Shown here: piece by piece, positions 25,668 to 37,362 of the stretch
Numbering within the stretch: position 1 is the first letter of the stretch
Layout: the number at the start of each line of letters is the position of its first letter
From: Octopus bimaculoides
Lineage: Eukaryota
DNA: 64,000 nt
Direction: 5' to 3'
Assembly (NCBI RefSeq): GCF_001194135.2
Contig: NC_068983.1
Coordinates: 101,527,064 to 101,591,063 of the forward strand
Notes under the pieces: model-generated
What the model was told of the DNA's origin: nothing
Database searches by the model: none
The model's input: the letters and a program-made list of their open reading frames with translations, nothing else
Position numbers and translations under genes: made by a program

Positions 25668-27196
25668 GTAAGTCAGCTTGAAATTTTCAATATCATTTGA
25701 AATAAATTTTCGTTTATTAATAACTTATTGATATCAATAATTCTAGGATAGTGGCCTAGAAGAGTCACTACAAAACTGGAGAAATACTATGGAGTATTTA
25801 GTTACAATTCTTTACATTCTGTGTTCAAATCTTACTGGGGGTGACTTTGTTTTTTATTCCTTTGTGGGTTGATAAATAAGTCAAATATTGTAATTTAGAT
25901 TGACTCTACTCTATAACTTTGTACTAATTATTGATGGATTCAGTCTTATAGATTAGTAATTTAACAGCTGAAATGATGCAAAACTATTTAAACTAGGTCT
26001 CAGTATGATAACTTTTAAACTGAATTATACGACACTGATTAATAGGGTTATTAATATGAATGTTACAAATGGAGACATTTTAAATATTTTACAAGTCGTT
26101 GAAGCCTCTATGTAATCATTCGATCAGCGAGAAATAGTAAAATCTCCTCAGCTCATATCTACCATCTTAAGAAGAGGAAGAACACATTGGAAAATGTGGT
26201 CATGGATATATAAAATGATGGAATGGTCACAGCATGAACATCTTTGATCAGACGTCTGCTCCATCAGGGCTGACCCGAAGCTAAAATAACAGTTACATCA
26301 GTTATCTCCCTTCAGTAGTTCCATTTTTTTTTTTTTTTCTGTTTTAATCTGGAAATATTTTTGATTACCTTAATATTGATTTCTTTTTTAATATACTATT
26401 AAGTATTCTGAAATTGTGTGATTACCCGTATTAAATACATGACAGTGTGTATCTTAATAATCGTAGCAACCCATCAGTACTTTAGTGAGGGTTAGCTCTA
26501 AATTATTTGCTAAGTAGCAGAAAGGATGAAGTGGTGTACTAAAAGATTTGCAGTATTTAATTTAACACTTTACAATCTAATTTCAAACTGTACGAGGATT
26601 ATCTTATTATTCATCTTCCATGGGGTGATAAATCTTTAATCTTCTACTAATTTATACTGCAGCCATGCTGGGGCACCACATTGAGGAATTTAGTCACACT
26701 AATCAACTCCAGTACTTATTTTCTTTCAAAGCCTAGTATTTACACAGTGGAACTGAACCCAGGACCATGTGGTTAGGAAGCAAACTTCTTACCTCACAGC
26801 CACACCTGTGCTTATATATAATGTATAATGTTTTAAAAAAGTAGATTCTATGGATTAAGTCTGAGAAGGAAGACCTTTTTGCAGGGTTTCCCAGGCTGAT
26901 GGGAAGAAGAAAATGCTCAAACTGAAGATTTGGTCCAAATATTTGCTAAATCCGTCGCCTAAAAAGAGTATAAGTATTCCAGTGGACTTCCACATGAGTT
27001 CTGTCTATTCCAGTTTCATTTACAAAGCTTAGATCAGCCAGAGGCTTTGGTAGTGGACATTCACCCAAGATGCTATGTAGTGTGATAAAACCCAGAATCG
27101 CATGACTGTGGAATCAACTTCTTAACTATAGTATCATGTCCATTCTCATTATGTTTAATCAGCTCTAAATCTGAGGCATTGGCCTAAAATTAGAAA

Positions 27197-27625
27197 TTCA
27201 TCATCATCATCATTTAACATCTGTTCATGCTGGCATGGGTTGGATGGTTTGACCAGAGCTGGGTAGCCACACCAGACTCCAGTCTGATTTGGCATTGTTT
27301 CTATGGTTGGATGTCCAACCACTTTACAGAATGTGCTGGGTGCTTTTACATTGTACTGCATGGGTGCTTTTATGTGCCCCGCACAGGCACTTTTATGTGA
27401 CATTGCATGGGTGTTTTTATATAGCACCGCTTGGGCGCTTTTCACATGGCACCACACAGGCACTTTTATGTAACACCATCATGAGTGCTTTTCACCACCT
27501 TAGAAACATGTCTTAACACTTCTGCTTCGTAGTACAGGTCTTCTTGAGTACAGCAAGGCATCAGGCATCTCGGTCCTTTGTCATCTCGCCTGGAAGGTTC
27601 AGCATCCGGAGGTCATTCTTCAGTG
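27197..27625 (-). mobile_element. RTE LINE 3' end (last RT codons, 3' UTR, (ATG)n tail)
   Basis: Reverse complement reads KNDLRMLNLPGEMTKDRDA-like codons, then a UTR ending TTAAATGATGATGATGATG. Confidence 0.75.
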
Positions 27626-28226
27626 CTTAATAAACTATTATTATTAATCTGGATAGTACAGGTGTTGTATAATATTTATTTTGATACACCCTCAGTTTAA
27701 ACTTGGGGTCTTCATTTACCTTAACATGTTGAGTACATTATATGAAAGGGATTACATTTTTCAGTTATTGTTTGTATTTAAATCCTAGCAGGATAAATTC
27801 CAATATAAAATAGATGAGCTTTACACTGACTTCAAAAGTCTTTGAAATAATTTTCCCTAAATATCACAGCAACTTGTCATCATTACGCCTGCACCTCAAA
27901 GCCTTAATTCAGTGAACCTATAATCAAAGGTGTTCCAATCATAGCCATTCCATATTTTTTAAAGCACATATCCAATATGGCTTTCCTCTTTTTTAAGATC
28001 GTGGAGAGCGATTTGCTGGAGATTTGGTTACTCTTTCCAGCAGGTCAACCAACTGGTTAGAGGTTCCCTCATATTGTCTTCTTAAGTAAGATATGCAGCT
28101 GACTGCTGACATTGGTGGCTCCAATATCTTTACAGGCTAAATGAAAAGTACTTCAGTGCTTCTGAAGGTTAACTTATATTCTACAAGTTGATAAGAATTC
28201 AATATTAGTAGAATTGAACAAGGTAA

Positions 28227-28640
28227 TGAGCTGGCAGAATCATTAGCACACTAGGCAAAATGCTTAGCAGCATTTCATCTGTCTTTACATTCTGAGTTCA
28301 AATTCTGCCAAGGTCGACTTTGTCTTTCATCATTTCTAGGTTGATAAAATAAGTATCAATTGAGCACTAGGGTCGAAGTAATTGACTTACACCTCTTCCA
28401 GACTTGCTGGCCTTGTGCCAAAATTTGAAACCAATATTAGTAGGATGGTGGATTAACAGAATCATTAGAGCTTTGGGCAAAGTATCTGTGATATTTAGCT
28501 ATGGCTCTTTACATTCTGAGTTCAAATCCCAATAACTTCAAGTTCGCCTTTCATCTATCTGCAGATAAAATAAAGTGTTAAGTGTTATGTTGATCTGACT
28601 ACATCCCTTCCCAATAACTTGCTGGCCATATTAGAAATCA
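28227..28640 (+). mobile_element. Two tandem copies of a second tRNA-derived SINE family (Meta-domain-like centre)
   Basis: GAGCTGGCAGAATC...GAGTTCAAATTC...GGTCGACTTTGTCTTTCATC...GATAAAATAAGTA. The central motif resembles MetaSINE-type domains; the family name is not verified. Confidence 0.75.
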
Positions 28641-29340
28641 AAATTAGAATTGATAGGTAATTAATGTTCAAACAACAGAAGGGAAAAGAAAATGAGGAAG
28701 AAATAAAACTTTCTGGTTATATTGCATCTTCATAAAATAAAATAAACTTGCTAATTATTAAGTAATGAAGTATTATTATTCCTACTGTTGCAAGTATTGA
28801 ATTTTTAAGTTTTATAAAACAATACATTTCTAAAAATTTAGCAGTGAAAGAAAAATGCATTTTCTTTTTAGCTACTGATTTCTTTTAATAGTGTAGGTGT
28901 TAATGTCGGAAAGGTTGATGTTTAACCTTAAGTCAGCCTGACACTTGATCTAGCTGACCTACAATTAAAGGCCTTCTAGATAAGACCATCCTGTCTTTCT
29001 TTTTTTTTTATAGACACAGTGCAGTGCATATCTTAGTTGCCATGTGTACATGATTTGTAGGCTAAGTACAGCTTATCTCTGCTTGTTATAAAAGACAACT
29101 AAAATGGGTGGCAGAAAAGTGAACATTAAAATGATGAGGATGATGACAGGTATATTGTGGATTACATTATCCACTGTGTCCTTTTTTTTTTAAAGATATT
29201 AGTGTGTTGTATGAAGGAAATTGGGCTGCAGTTTTAGCATGTCTGGTGACAATATAGAGGATTGTTCTTTGGAAAATTAACCCATTGGTAACATGCTCAT
29301 TTTCAAATTAAACATCTGTTTTTAAAAGAATATTTTTTCA

Positions 29341-29720
29341 GGCATGGCTGTGTGGTAAAAAGCTTGCTTCCCAACTGCATGGTTCTGGGTTCAATCCTAT
29401 TGCATGTCACCTTGGGCAAGTGTCATCTACTATAGTCTTGGGCCAACCAAAGCCTTGGCCTTGTGAGTAGATTTGGTGGATAGAAACTGAAAGAAGCCTG
29501 TAGTATATATATATGTGTGTGTGTGTGTCTGTGTTTACAACCAGAGCTAATGTGTTTACATCCCTGTAACTTAACAGTTCAGCATAAGAGACCAATAGAA
29601 TAAGTATCAGGCTTCAAAAAAATAAGTACTGTGGTTTGATACATTCAACTAAAAGTTCTTCAGGGCAGTGCCTCAGCATGGTTGCAGTCTAATGACTGAA
29701 ATGAGTAAAAAATAAAAGAT

Positions 29721-29722
<2 letters not shown>
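29341..29722 (+). mobile_element. tRNA-derived CORE-type SINE (full length)
   Basis: Head GGCATGGCTGTGTGGTAA..GGTTCAATCC, CORE-like CACCTTGGGCAAGTG, central (TA)n(TG)n tract, tail ending AATAAAAGATAA. Confidence 0.85.
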
Positions 29723-29766
<44 letters not shown>

Positions 29767-29768
29767 AG

Positions 29769-29855
29769 ATGCGTCATTTGTTTCTGATTATTGATATGTC
29801 TGAAGCCATGGTGGATCCTGATTTAAAACCCAACAGATTAGCAGCTACTGTCAAA
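29769..29855 (+). CDS. GTF2H2: GTF2H2 coding exon 3 (MRHLFLIIDMSEAMVDPDLKPNRLAATVK)
   Basis: (T)42gcag|ATG...AAA|gtatgt, 87 nt. Start of the vWA domain. Confidence 0.95.
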
Positions 29856-30405
29856 GTATGTTTTATTATTATTCTTTTTCTACATTCTTTAATCAAAACT
29901 AAAAATCTAAATTTAAACTGCTAAAATTGTTATTAACTCTGTCTATATTAAGTTTTTAGTTCCATTTGTTTTACTTTTCCAAAGTTGAATACCACTTCTT
30001 CAGTTATCTTATTTGCTTTTAAATCTTCTCAGACTACTGTCACCATTTTCCTACAGAACATTTGAGCTCAAGCCAGCAAGATATTTTTTGTGTCACTCAA
30101 TCTGCTCAACATAGATATTTCTCTAGAAACTCCTTTTGTTAATATGATCTCATATTTCAAATCTTTAAACATCTTTAAAAAACTTATTTTTAAAATCATA
30201 GATGTGACTTGAATGTTGATCATATTTTGAAATTTGACCCTAACTGTGCTTATCCAAGTATCTTAGCCCCTGGGTTACAGTTTTAAATTTCTAATTGACT
30301 ACATTGTTACTCCATGCAACAGGTCTGCTCAAGCAATGACAATCATACAATCTGATATGTCGCATGAATTTCTTATTTCTAATAAGTAATTATTTCCGTG
30401 GTCTC

Positions 30406-31260
30406 TTTACACTTAAGTTGTCTCTTAGCTAATCATTATGCATCCACTAGGTCATACTTCACTCATTCCTACTCCATCAGTGTTCATTTTATGCATTCAT
30501 AGGCTTTCTTCCACTGATATATCAGCTCTCTTACACAGTCATCATACGTTTTTCAAATTACATATAAAAATATTTCTTGATTTCAGTTGAGTCAAAAAGA
30601 AGTCCCCTCCTACTTCTCTCTCTATATTTACCACACTACTCCTGAAACTGATTGATTGACTATCAGCTAACATTTCTCCTGTTGTCAGCCAATCTGTTTT
30701 GGCCACCAACACTATGAACTAATCATTTACTCAATCCTTGCTCCCTAAAGCAGTGTTACCAGAGTTTCCCTCCCCACCAATGCAGTTCCTGCTGGCATTG
30801 ACCTAAGGTATTCAAATTGAATATAACCTGTTTTGATCTCACCAGTCACAGAGGACTTGTGAAGATTGTGGGCATAGATCCTGCATTGGTGGGGAGGGAA
30901 ACTCTGGTAACACTGCTTTAGGGAGCAAGGATTGAGTAAATGATTAGTTCATGGTGTTGGTGGCCGAAACAGATTGGCTGACAACAGGAGAAATGTTAGC
31001 TGATAGTCAATCAATCAGTTTCAGGAGTAGTGTGGTAAATATAGAGAAAGAAGTAGGAGGGGACTTCTTTTTGACTCAACTGAAATCAAGAAATATTTTT
31101 ATATGTAATTTGGAAAACGTATGATGACTGTGTAAGAGAGCTGATATATCAGTGGAAGAAAGCCTATGAATGCATAAAATGAACACTGATGGAGTAGGAA
31201 TGAGTGAAGTATGACCTAGTGGATGCATAATGATTAGCTAGGAGACAACTTAAGTGTAAA
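30406..31260. repeat. Long inverted repeat: two 380-bp arms (30406-30785 and 30881-31260) with a 95-bp spacer
   Basis: Manual comparison gives 5 substitutions and no indels across 380 bp. Confidence 0.95.
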
Positions 31261-31772
31261 GCCATGAAAATAAAGAAACAAAAAGATTTAAGTCTATTGT
31301 TAATCTGGAGGCCAAGCCTCAGGGAAATACCATTGCATAGACAGTCATGAGTGGTGACACTGCATTGAACCAGCCTCTGCTGTGAGGCTTAGAGGCTGAG
31401 TGGAAGAATGCCAGATGGTGCTGGTTAAGTGAGCACATTAACTCATCTGAGCTCAACCAAGTTGTTTACTGTCTACTCCAGTAATATTGAATTTTTATGA
31501 ATGAATGAATGAATGAATACTTTTGTCAAAGCCATCTTTCTGTTTAAATCTTTTAACCTGAAAAATCACTCTTACCTGTTTTGTACTTTTGAAACACTAA
31601 TTAATTTTTTAGATTCAAGTTACCTTATAAAACATCCTATAAATACCAATTCTGAATTGATTTTTCAATACTGAGGATTGTAATTGTTGCTTTGTTATTT
31701 TGTATACATTTATTGATTAATTTATATAACTGTTCTCTGTTCATAAAATAAGTAATTATTTCTTTTCTACAG

Positions 31773-31878
31773 CTTGCTGAAAATTTCATTGAAGAATACT
31801 TTGATCAAAACCCTATTAGTCAGCTTGGTATTATTGTAACACGAAAGAAAAGAGCTGAAAAAGTTACTGAACTTGGTG
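31773..31878 (+). CDS. GTF2H2: GTF2H2 coding exon 4 ([35 protein letters not shown])
   Basis: ctacag|CTT...GGT G|gtttgt, 106 nt. Contains the conserved [10 protein letters not shown]. Confidence 0.95.
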
Positions 31879-31914
31879 GTTTGTTGATGAGCCTTTATTT
31901 CTAATTTTGATCTG

Positions 31915-32168
31915 TTTTACTTAGAATAGACGGATAAGTGTCCATCTTGATTGTTGTTCATCAGTTGTTCTGGTGGAATTTTGAGCTCAACCCTTTATTT
32001 GACTAATGGGGTACACTGTTCTCATTCCTAGATATGTTGATTTTATTTTTCAAGTCCCTCCCTGCGATTGAACTTAGTATCCGAAGGTTAGTAGCCCACA
32101 CTCTTATCTACTATGCTATGTGCCTGTGAGCAATTATAGAGTGACTTTTAGGGCTTGTAAACCTAGTG
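31915..32168 (-). mobile_element. Second locus of the tRNA-headed hammerhead-motif element, left (inverted) arm
   Basis: Reverse complement shows the tRNA-like head, AGGAATGAGAAC, CTGATGA (31958-31964) with stem II/GAAA deleted, and the family tail ACAACAATCAAGATGGACAC. Confidence 0.7.
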
Positions 32169-32398
32169 TTTTATCTTTTCTTAATACTGGTTGCCATATT
32201 ACATTCATATTTGCACTAGGTCTGCTTAGGAAGTTATTGTGTCCTAGCATATGTGCATCTTATTTTAATTTTTGTATTTTCCAGAGATGTTCTCTATCAA
32301 TTATTTTAACTTCATCCTACAGCAGGAAGTGGTCTCCATTTTACCATACACTAGTAGAGATACCCGACCTTGCTTGGGATTAAAATGGCATAGTTTTT

Positions 32399-32710
32399 TT
32401 TTATTTTAGTTGTTTTAGTCATGTGACTGTGGCCATGCTAAAGCACTGCCTTTGATTGAAAAAGATTGACCACAGGGATTTATTCTTTGTAAGCCTAGTA
32501 CTTATTCTCTTAGTGTCTTTTGCCGAACCGCTAAGTTATGGAAACATAAACACAGCGACGTCGGTTGTCAAGCAATGGTGTGAGTACAAACACACACGCA
32601 CACACACACACACACACACAAACAAACAAATATACACATATATACAACAGTCTTCTTTCAGTTTCCCTGTATGAAATCCACTCACAAGGCTTTGGTTGAC
32701 CTGAGGCTAT
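32399..32710 (-). mobile_element. CORE-type SINE lacking the tRNA head
   Basis: Tail, microsatellite and part of the body match the family. Confidence 0.8.
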
Positions 32711-32714
32711 AATA

Positions 32715-32752
<38 letters not shown>

Positions 32753-33151
32753 CTCACCAGCCCTCAGTCAAACCGTCCAACCCATGCCAGCATGGAAAGC
32801 AGACGTTAAACGATGATGATGATGATATATATACGGTTTGACTGAGGACAGGCAAGCCAGAAGGCTGCACCAGGCTCCAATCAGATCTGGCAAAAGTTTC
32901 CACAGCTGGATGCCCTTCCTAACTCCAGCCACTCCGAGAGTGTAGTGGATGCTTTTATGTGACACCGGCACGGGTGCCAGTCAGGCGATTCTGGTAGCGA
33001 CCACGCTCAAAAAGTAATGTGCCACCGACACGGGAGCCAATCTGTGGCCCTGGCAACTATCACAATCAGATGTGCTTCTAACGTTCTACTGGTATGAGTG
33101 CCAATCAGACAGTACTGTCATCGGCCACGTCAGTGATTTTGATTTTGATTT

Positions 33152-33868
33152 CACTTGGTTTATAAGCCCTAAAAGTCACTCTATAATTGCTACTCACTCT
33201 CGGATACTAAGTTCAATCACAGGCAGGGACTTGAAAAATAATGTCAACTGAAAAATCACATCAGCAGCATACCTTAGGAATGAGAACAGTGTACCCCATT
33301 AGTCAAATAAAGGGTTGGGTTCGAAATTCCACCAGAACACCTCTTTTACTTGTTTCAGTCATTTAACTGCGGCCATGCTGGAGCACCACCTTTAATCGAG
33401 CAAATCGACCCCAGGACTTATTCTTTGGATGCCTAGTACTTATTCTATCGGTCTGTTTTTGCCGAACCGCTAAGTTACGGGGACGTAAACACACCAGCAT
33501 CGGTTGTCAAGCAATGTTGGGGGGGACAAACACAAACACACAGACATACACACACACATATATATATATATATACATATATATATACGACAGGCTTCTTT
33601 CAGTTTCCGTCTACCAAATCCACTCACAAGGCTTTGGTCGGCCCGAGGCTATAGTAGAAGACACTTGCCCAAGGTGCCACGCAGTGGGACTGAACCCGGA
33701 ACCATGTGGTTGGTAAGCAAGCTACTTCCCACACAGCCACTCCTACGCCTATTGAAGGCTGGAGCGTACATCAGCCAGAACGTTGTGATAACAACAAACA
33801 AGATGAAGACACTTATCCATCCATTGTAAATAATGTACATGATTCCTCATCTCAAAAATACAGAATAA
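33152..33868 (+). mobile_element. Second locus, right arm, interrupted by a CORE-type SINE at 33343-33752
   Basis: Shares an approximately 40-bp leader and body with the left arm. Resumes as TGAAGGCTGGAGCGTACATCAGCCAGAACGTTGTG after the insertion. Confidence 0.7.
33343..33752 (-). mobile_element. tRNA-derived CORE-type SINE (young, CpG-rich copy)
   Basis: Same family as 29341-29722; closely similar to 61828-62225. Confidence 0.88.
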
Positions 33869-33966
33869 TGTTGAGCTGTTTTGTTTGAGACAGGATAGTT
33901 TTGTAATTATAACCTCAGTAATGTCATTAATTATTGCAAACCATTTTTTATGTTGACTTTTATGTA

Positions 33967-34154
33967 CATGATGGGCCAAGAGTCACACACCAAGATTAAT
34001 ATATGTTGCACATTTCAAAAGCAACACTTCATATTTAATTATGATGAATACACACATACTTATACATGATGAACTAAATGAATACTAATAATAATAATGA
34101 CGTAGTATAAATAAAGTGTCAAATGTTTTGGTATGTGACTTTTGGCCCACCCTG
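33967..34154. mobile_element. Tc1/mariner-like MITE
   Basis: TA|CATGATGGGCCAAGAGTCAC...GTGACTTTTGGCCCACCCTG|TA. Confidence 0.65.
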
Positions 34155-34593
34155 TATATGAATTGGCATAAATAATTCTATAGCTAAACTCTCTATTACT
34201 GAAATGGTGAGATGGCACATTTTCAACTTGCTTAATATAGAGAATTGATAAAATATGCATTGCCTTAAGGCACAGGAAAATTCTCTGATGACTATAGTGA
34301 ATTTTTAAATTAATTGTCAGTAATCAAGCAACATCATTTTTTAACTAATTAACATTTTACACTAATTTACCTCTATTGATCATGATGGATTCTGAATATT
34401 AAAATATTTACATGAATTGGTTGAAAATCCTCATATTGAGTAACCTTTTTTGTCATTTTGTTATTTTTCTTAATATGTAATGTAAGAATTGTCCTCATTT
34501 CCATGTACATTGACTATAATAAAAAGATTTGTAAATTAAGTTGTAAATAACTAAATCTTTTTAATATATTCATATAGAGCTAATAAACTTTAA

Positions 34594-34776
34594 CCATTTA
34601 GTATTTAAAATAGCTTATACCTAGCCCAAATATTCTACCTGTTTTATGTTCAAACCTACCCTATTAAGTCATTCTAAAAGTAAATAATCACATCATCAAA
34701 ATCTTAAAGCTACAAGATAATGCATGGTTAATTCAAAACAATAAATATTTGACAGAATAATCTGAATGCTAAAGGG
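34594..34776. mobile_element. piggyBac-like MITE, second family (internally deleted)
   Basis: TTAA|CCATTTAG...GAATGCTAAAGGG; similar to 6020-6237. Confidence 0.7.
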
Positions 34777-34839
34777 TTTAAGCTTTGTGACATTTTCATT
34801 TAATGTGTTCATTTTTATTTGATTTGTTCTGACACTCAG

Positions 34840-34945
34840 GTAACCCAAGACGTCATGTTGCAGCACTGGTTGCTGTTAGTAAAAATCCATGTCAAGGAGA
34901 ACCTTCTCTACAGAACTCGATTGAAATGGCAGCACAAACACTAAA
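34840..34945 (+). CDS. GTF2H2: GTF2H2 coding exon 5 (NPRRHVAALVAVSKNPCQGEPSLQNSIEMAAQTLK)
   Basis: actcag|GT AAC...CTA AA|gtaaat, 106 nt. Contains the conserved GEPSLxNS. Confidence 0.95.
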
Positions 34946-35019
34946 GTAAATCTAAAATATTTTAATGATTGATATTTAAGATAGTGTTCACAATTATCAA
35001 GAGAGTAAATTTCTTTTAA

Positions 35020-35236
35020 CCATTTAGCATTTAAACCTGTCATGTCCAGCCCAAATAAGCATTCTACCTGCTTTATGTTCAAACAGGCCACTCTGGCCTC
35101 TCACATCTACCTTACTATGTCATTCTAAAAATAAACAATTGCATCCTTAAAATCTCAGAGCTGTGAGATAATGCATGGTTGATTTAAAACAACCTGAATA
35201 AGCATGACCTCTGACAGTAATCTAAATGCTGAAGGG
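35020..35236. mobile_element. piggyBac-like MITE, second family
   Basis: TTAA|CCATTTAGCATT...AATGCTGAAGGG|TTAA. Confidence 0.75.
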
Positions 35237-36794
35237 TTAAATATAAATTGGTGATCATATTTACACTAATTTTTACCTACTCATTTACATTACATGGATA
35301 TAAGCTTGTATTGTTTTGAATATGTATTCTACACAAGTAATCAATTCTGAATTGTGATATTTGTTTTCAATGCTTATGGTAGGATTTGAACTTGTAACTT
35401 AACCTAACAATTCAGTGGCAGTTACCTATACTTGTAAAAGGTATTATACTATTTGGTTCAGTTAGTCTAATTGAAAATACTTAAAAGGCACTCTTTATAT
35501 CCAACTTAACATGGATATTTTTTAGAATGCTCAATACTGCTGTATTCACCATAAGAGGACCTCATATGGACGCAATGGTGTGTAAGTTGATTATAGATAT
35601 CGGTTTCAAATTTTGGGAGAGGGAGTACTCAACTGACACTTATTTTATTGACCCTGAAAGGATGAAAGGCAAAGCTGACCCCAGTAGCATTTGAACTCAG
35701 AACATAAAGACAGACGAAATGCTGCTAAGCATTTTACTGGTGTTCTAACAGTACTGCTAGCTTGCCACCTTAAGTTGGATATAAATGTTGCCTTTTGGTA
35801 TAAATATTGCTTCTGTTGTTAATAATTATTTTTCAGAAATAGTTAAGTTATTATTAATATATTTAATACATTGGCTATTAAAAAGCTAATAGGAGAATAT
35901 ATGGTGAGAAAAAAGCAGCATCACTCAGTGATTTATATTATTTTAATTATTCCATGCATAAGAGATAACTCTGTGCACGTTTTGATCTTAGACCTTCTCA
36001 ATAAAGCTTAATTTTCACTGTTACGAGAGAATCATTTGTTGGTGCAAAAAATTAGGGTATTTTAGAAAATAAATTTGTTCCTTTTATATCTGTTTTTCTA
36101 CAAGAAGACCTGCCCACCACAACAAAATTAAGACCCTAAAACCAATGTGTCACATAAAAAGCATTGGTGTGGGTGCTGGTACCACATAAAAAGCACCCAA
36201 TACACTCTGTAAAGTGGTCAGTGTTAGGAAGGGCATCAAGTCATAGAGACCAAGCCAAAACAGACTATGAAACTTGGTGTGGCCCCTGGCCTTGCCAGTT
36301 CCTGTCATGCCATCTAACCCTTGCCAGCATGGAAAACGGACATTAAATGTTGATGATGATGAAGGTATTGTTTTATAGCTGGATACCCTTCTTGTTGCTA
36401 ACCCTTATTTGCTTTTCAGGTAAAGGATCTCCTTTACGTTGAAAGCATGAAGCAAGTAGACAATTTGTTAGTTGACAGGAGAAATGGCCACTACACTGCT
36501 CATAGCTCATGACTTTCATAGGGTATAAATGTAACACACACACACATGATGTGCTTCTTTCAGTTTCCATCTATGAAATTCACTCACAAGGCTTTAATTG
36601 GCTCAGAGCTGTAGTAACAGAGATTTGCTCAAGGTGCTGTGCAAAGTTAATCAGAGATGCCATTTTCATTTCACATATGAATGATTGAATTTAGCTGCTT
36701 TAAACAAGCAGAGCCACTCAAACAGTCCATACTAACATCCTATTAAGCCAACACTTTTCATATTAGTATCACAAAGCACTTCTTTTTTTTCTTT

Positions 36795-37156
36795 TTTCTT
36801 TTTAACTCTTTCACTTATTTCAGTCATTGTGGCCATACTAGGTCACTGCCTTGAAGGGTTTAGTCAAATTGACCCCAGTGCTTCATTTCTTTTACTTTTT
36901 AAATCTGGTGCCTATTCTATCAGTTCCATTTGCTGAACCACTAAGTTACAAGTATATAAACAAGCCAACACTGGTTGTCAAGTGGTAGAGGGTGGGGCCA
37001 AACACACACACACACATGATGAGATTCTGCACAGTTTCCATCTACCAAATTTACTCCCTAGATATTGGTCAGCATGAGGCTATTGTAAAAGAGACTTGCT
37101 CAAGGTGCCATGCAATGGGACTGAACCTGAAGCCATGTGACTACAAAGTGAGCTCC
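36795..37156 (-). mobile_element. CORE-type SINE (older copy)
   Basis: Matches the family. Other partial copies at about 8540-8730, 9740-9840, 23355-23520, 26620-26810, 41640-41800, 46770-46950 and 51420-51600. Confidence 0.75.
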
Positions 37157-37277
37157 TTAACCATATAACCATGCCTCTAAAATCTTTTTAAAATAATGAT
37201 CTATTGAAGTTGTTTTTTTATATGCAAATAATTATTTTACATTTTCATTTTCTTAAAATTTTAATATGTAACTAATA

Positions 37278-37333
<56 letters not shown>

Positions 37334-37334
<1 letters not shown>

Positions 37335-37362
37335 TAGTATTATAACCCGATTTCATTCGGGT
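37334..37362 (-). mobile_element. Helitron-like 3' terminus
   Basis: Minus strand: hairpin ACCCGA-ATGAAA-TCGGGT, then 7 nt and CTAG|T. A similar terminus lies at 32351-32380. Confidence 0.45.

Noticed and set aside
27336-27497. CRISPR-like array
   Set aside because: The units are contiguous and degenerate with no unique spacers, in a eukaryotic retroelement UTR.
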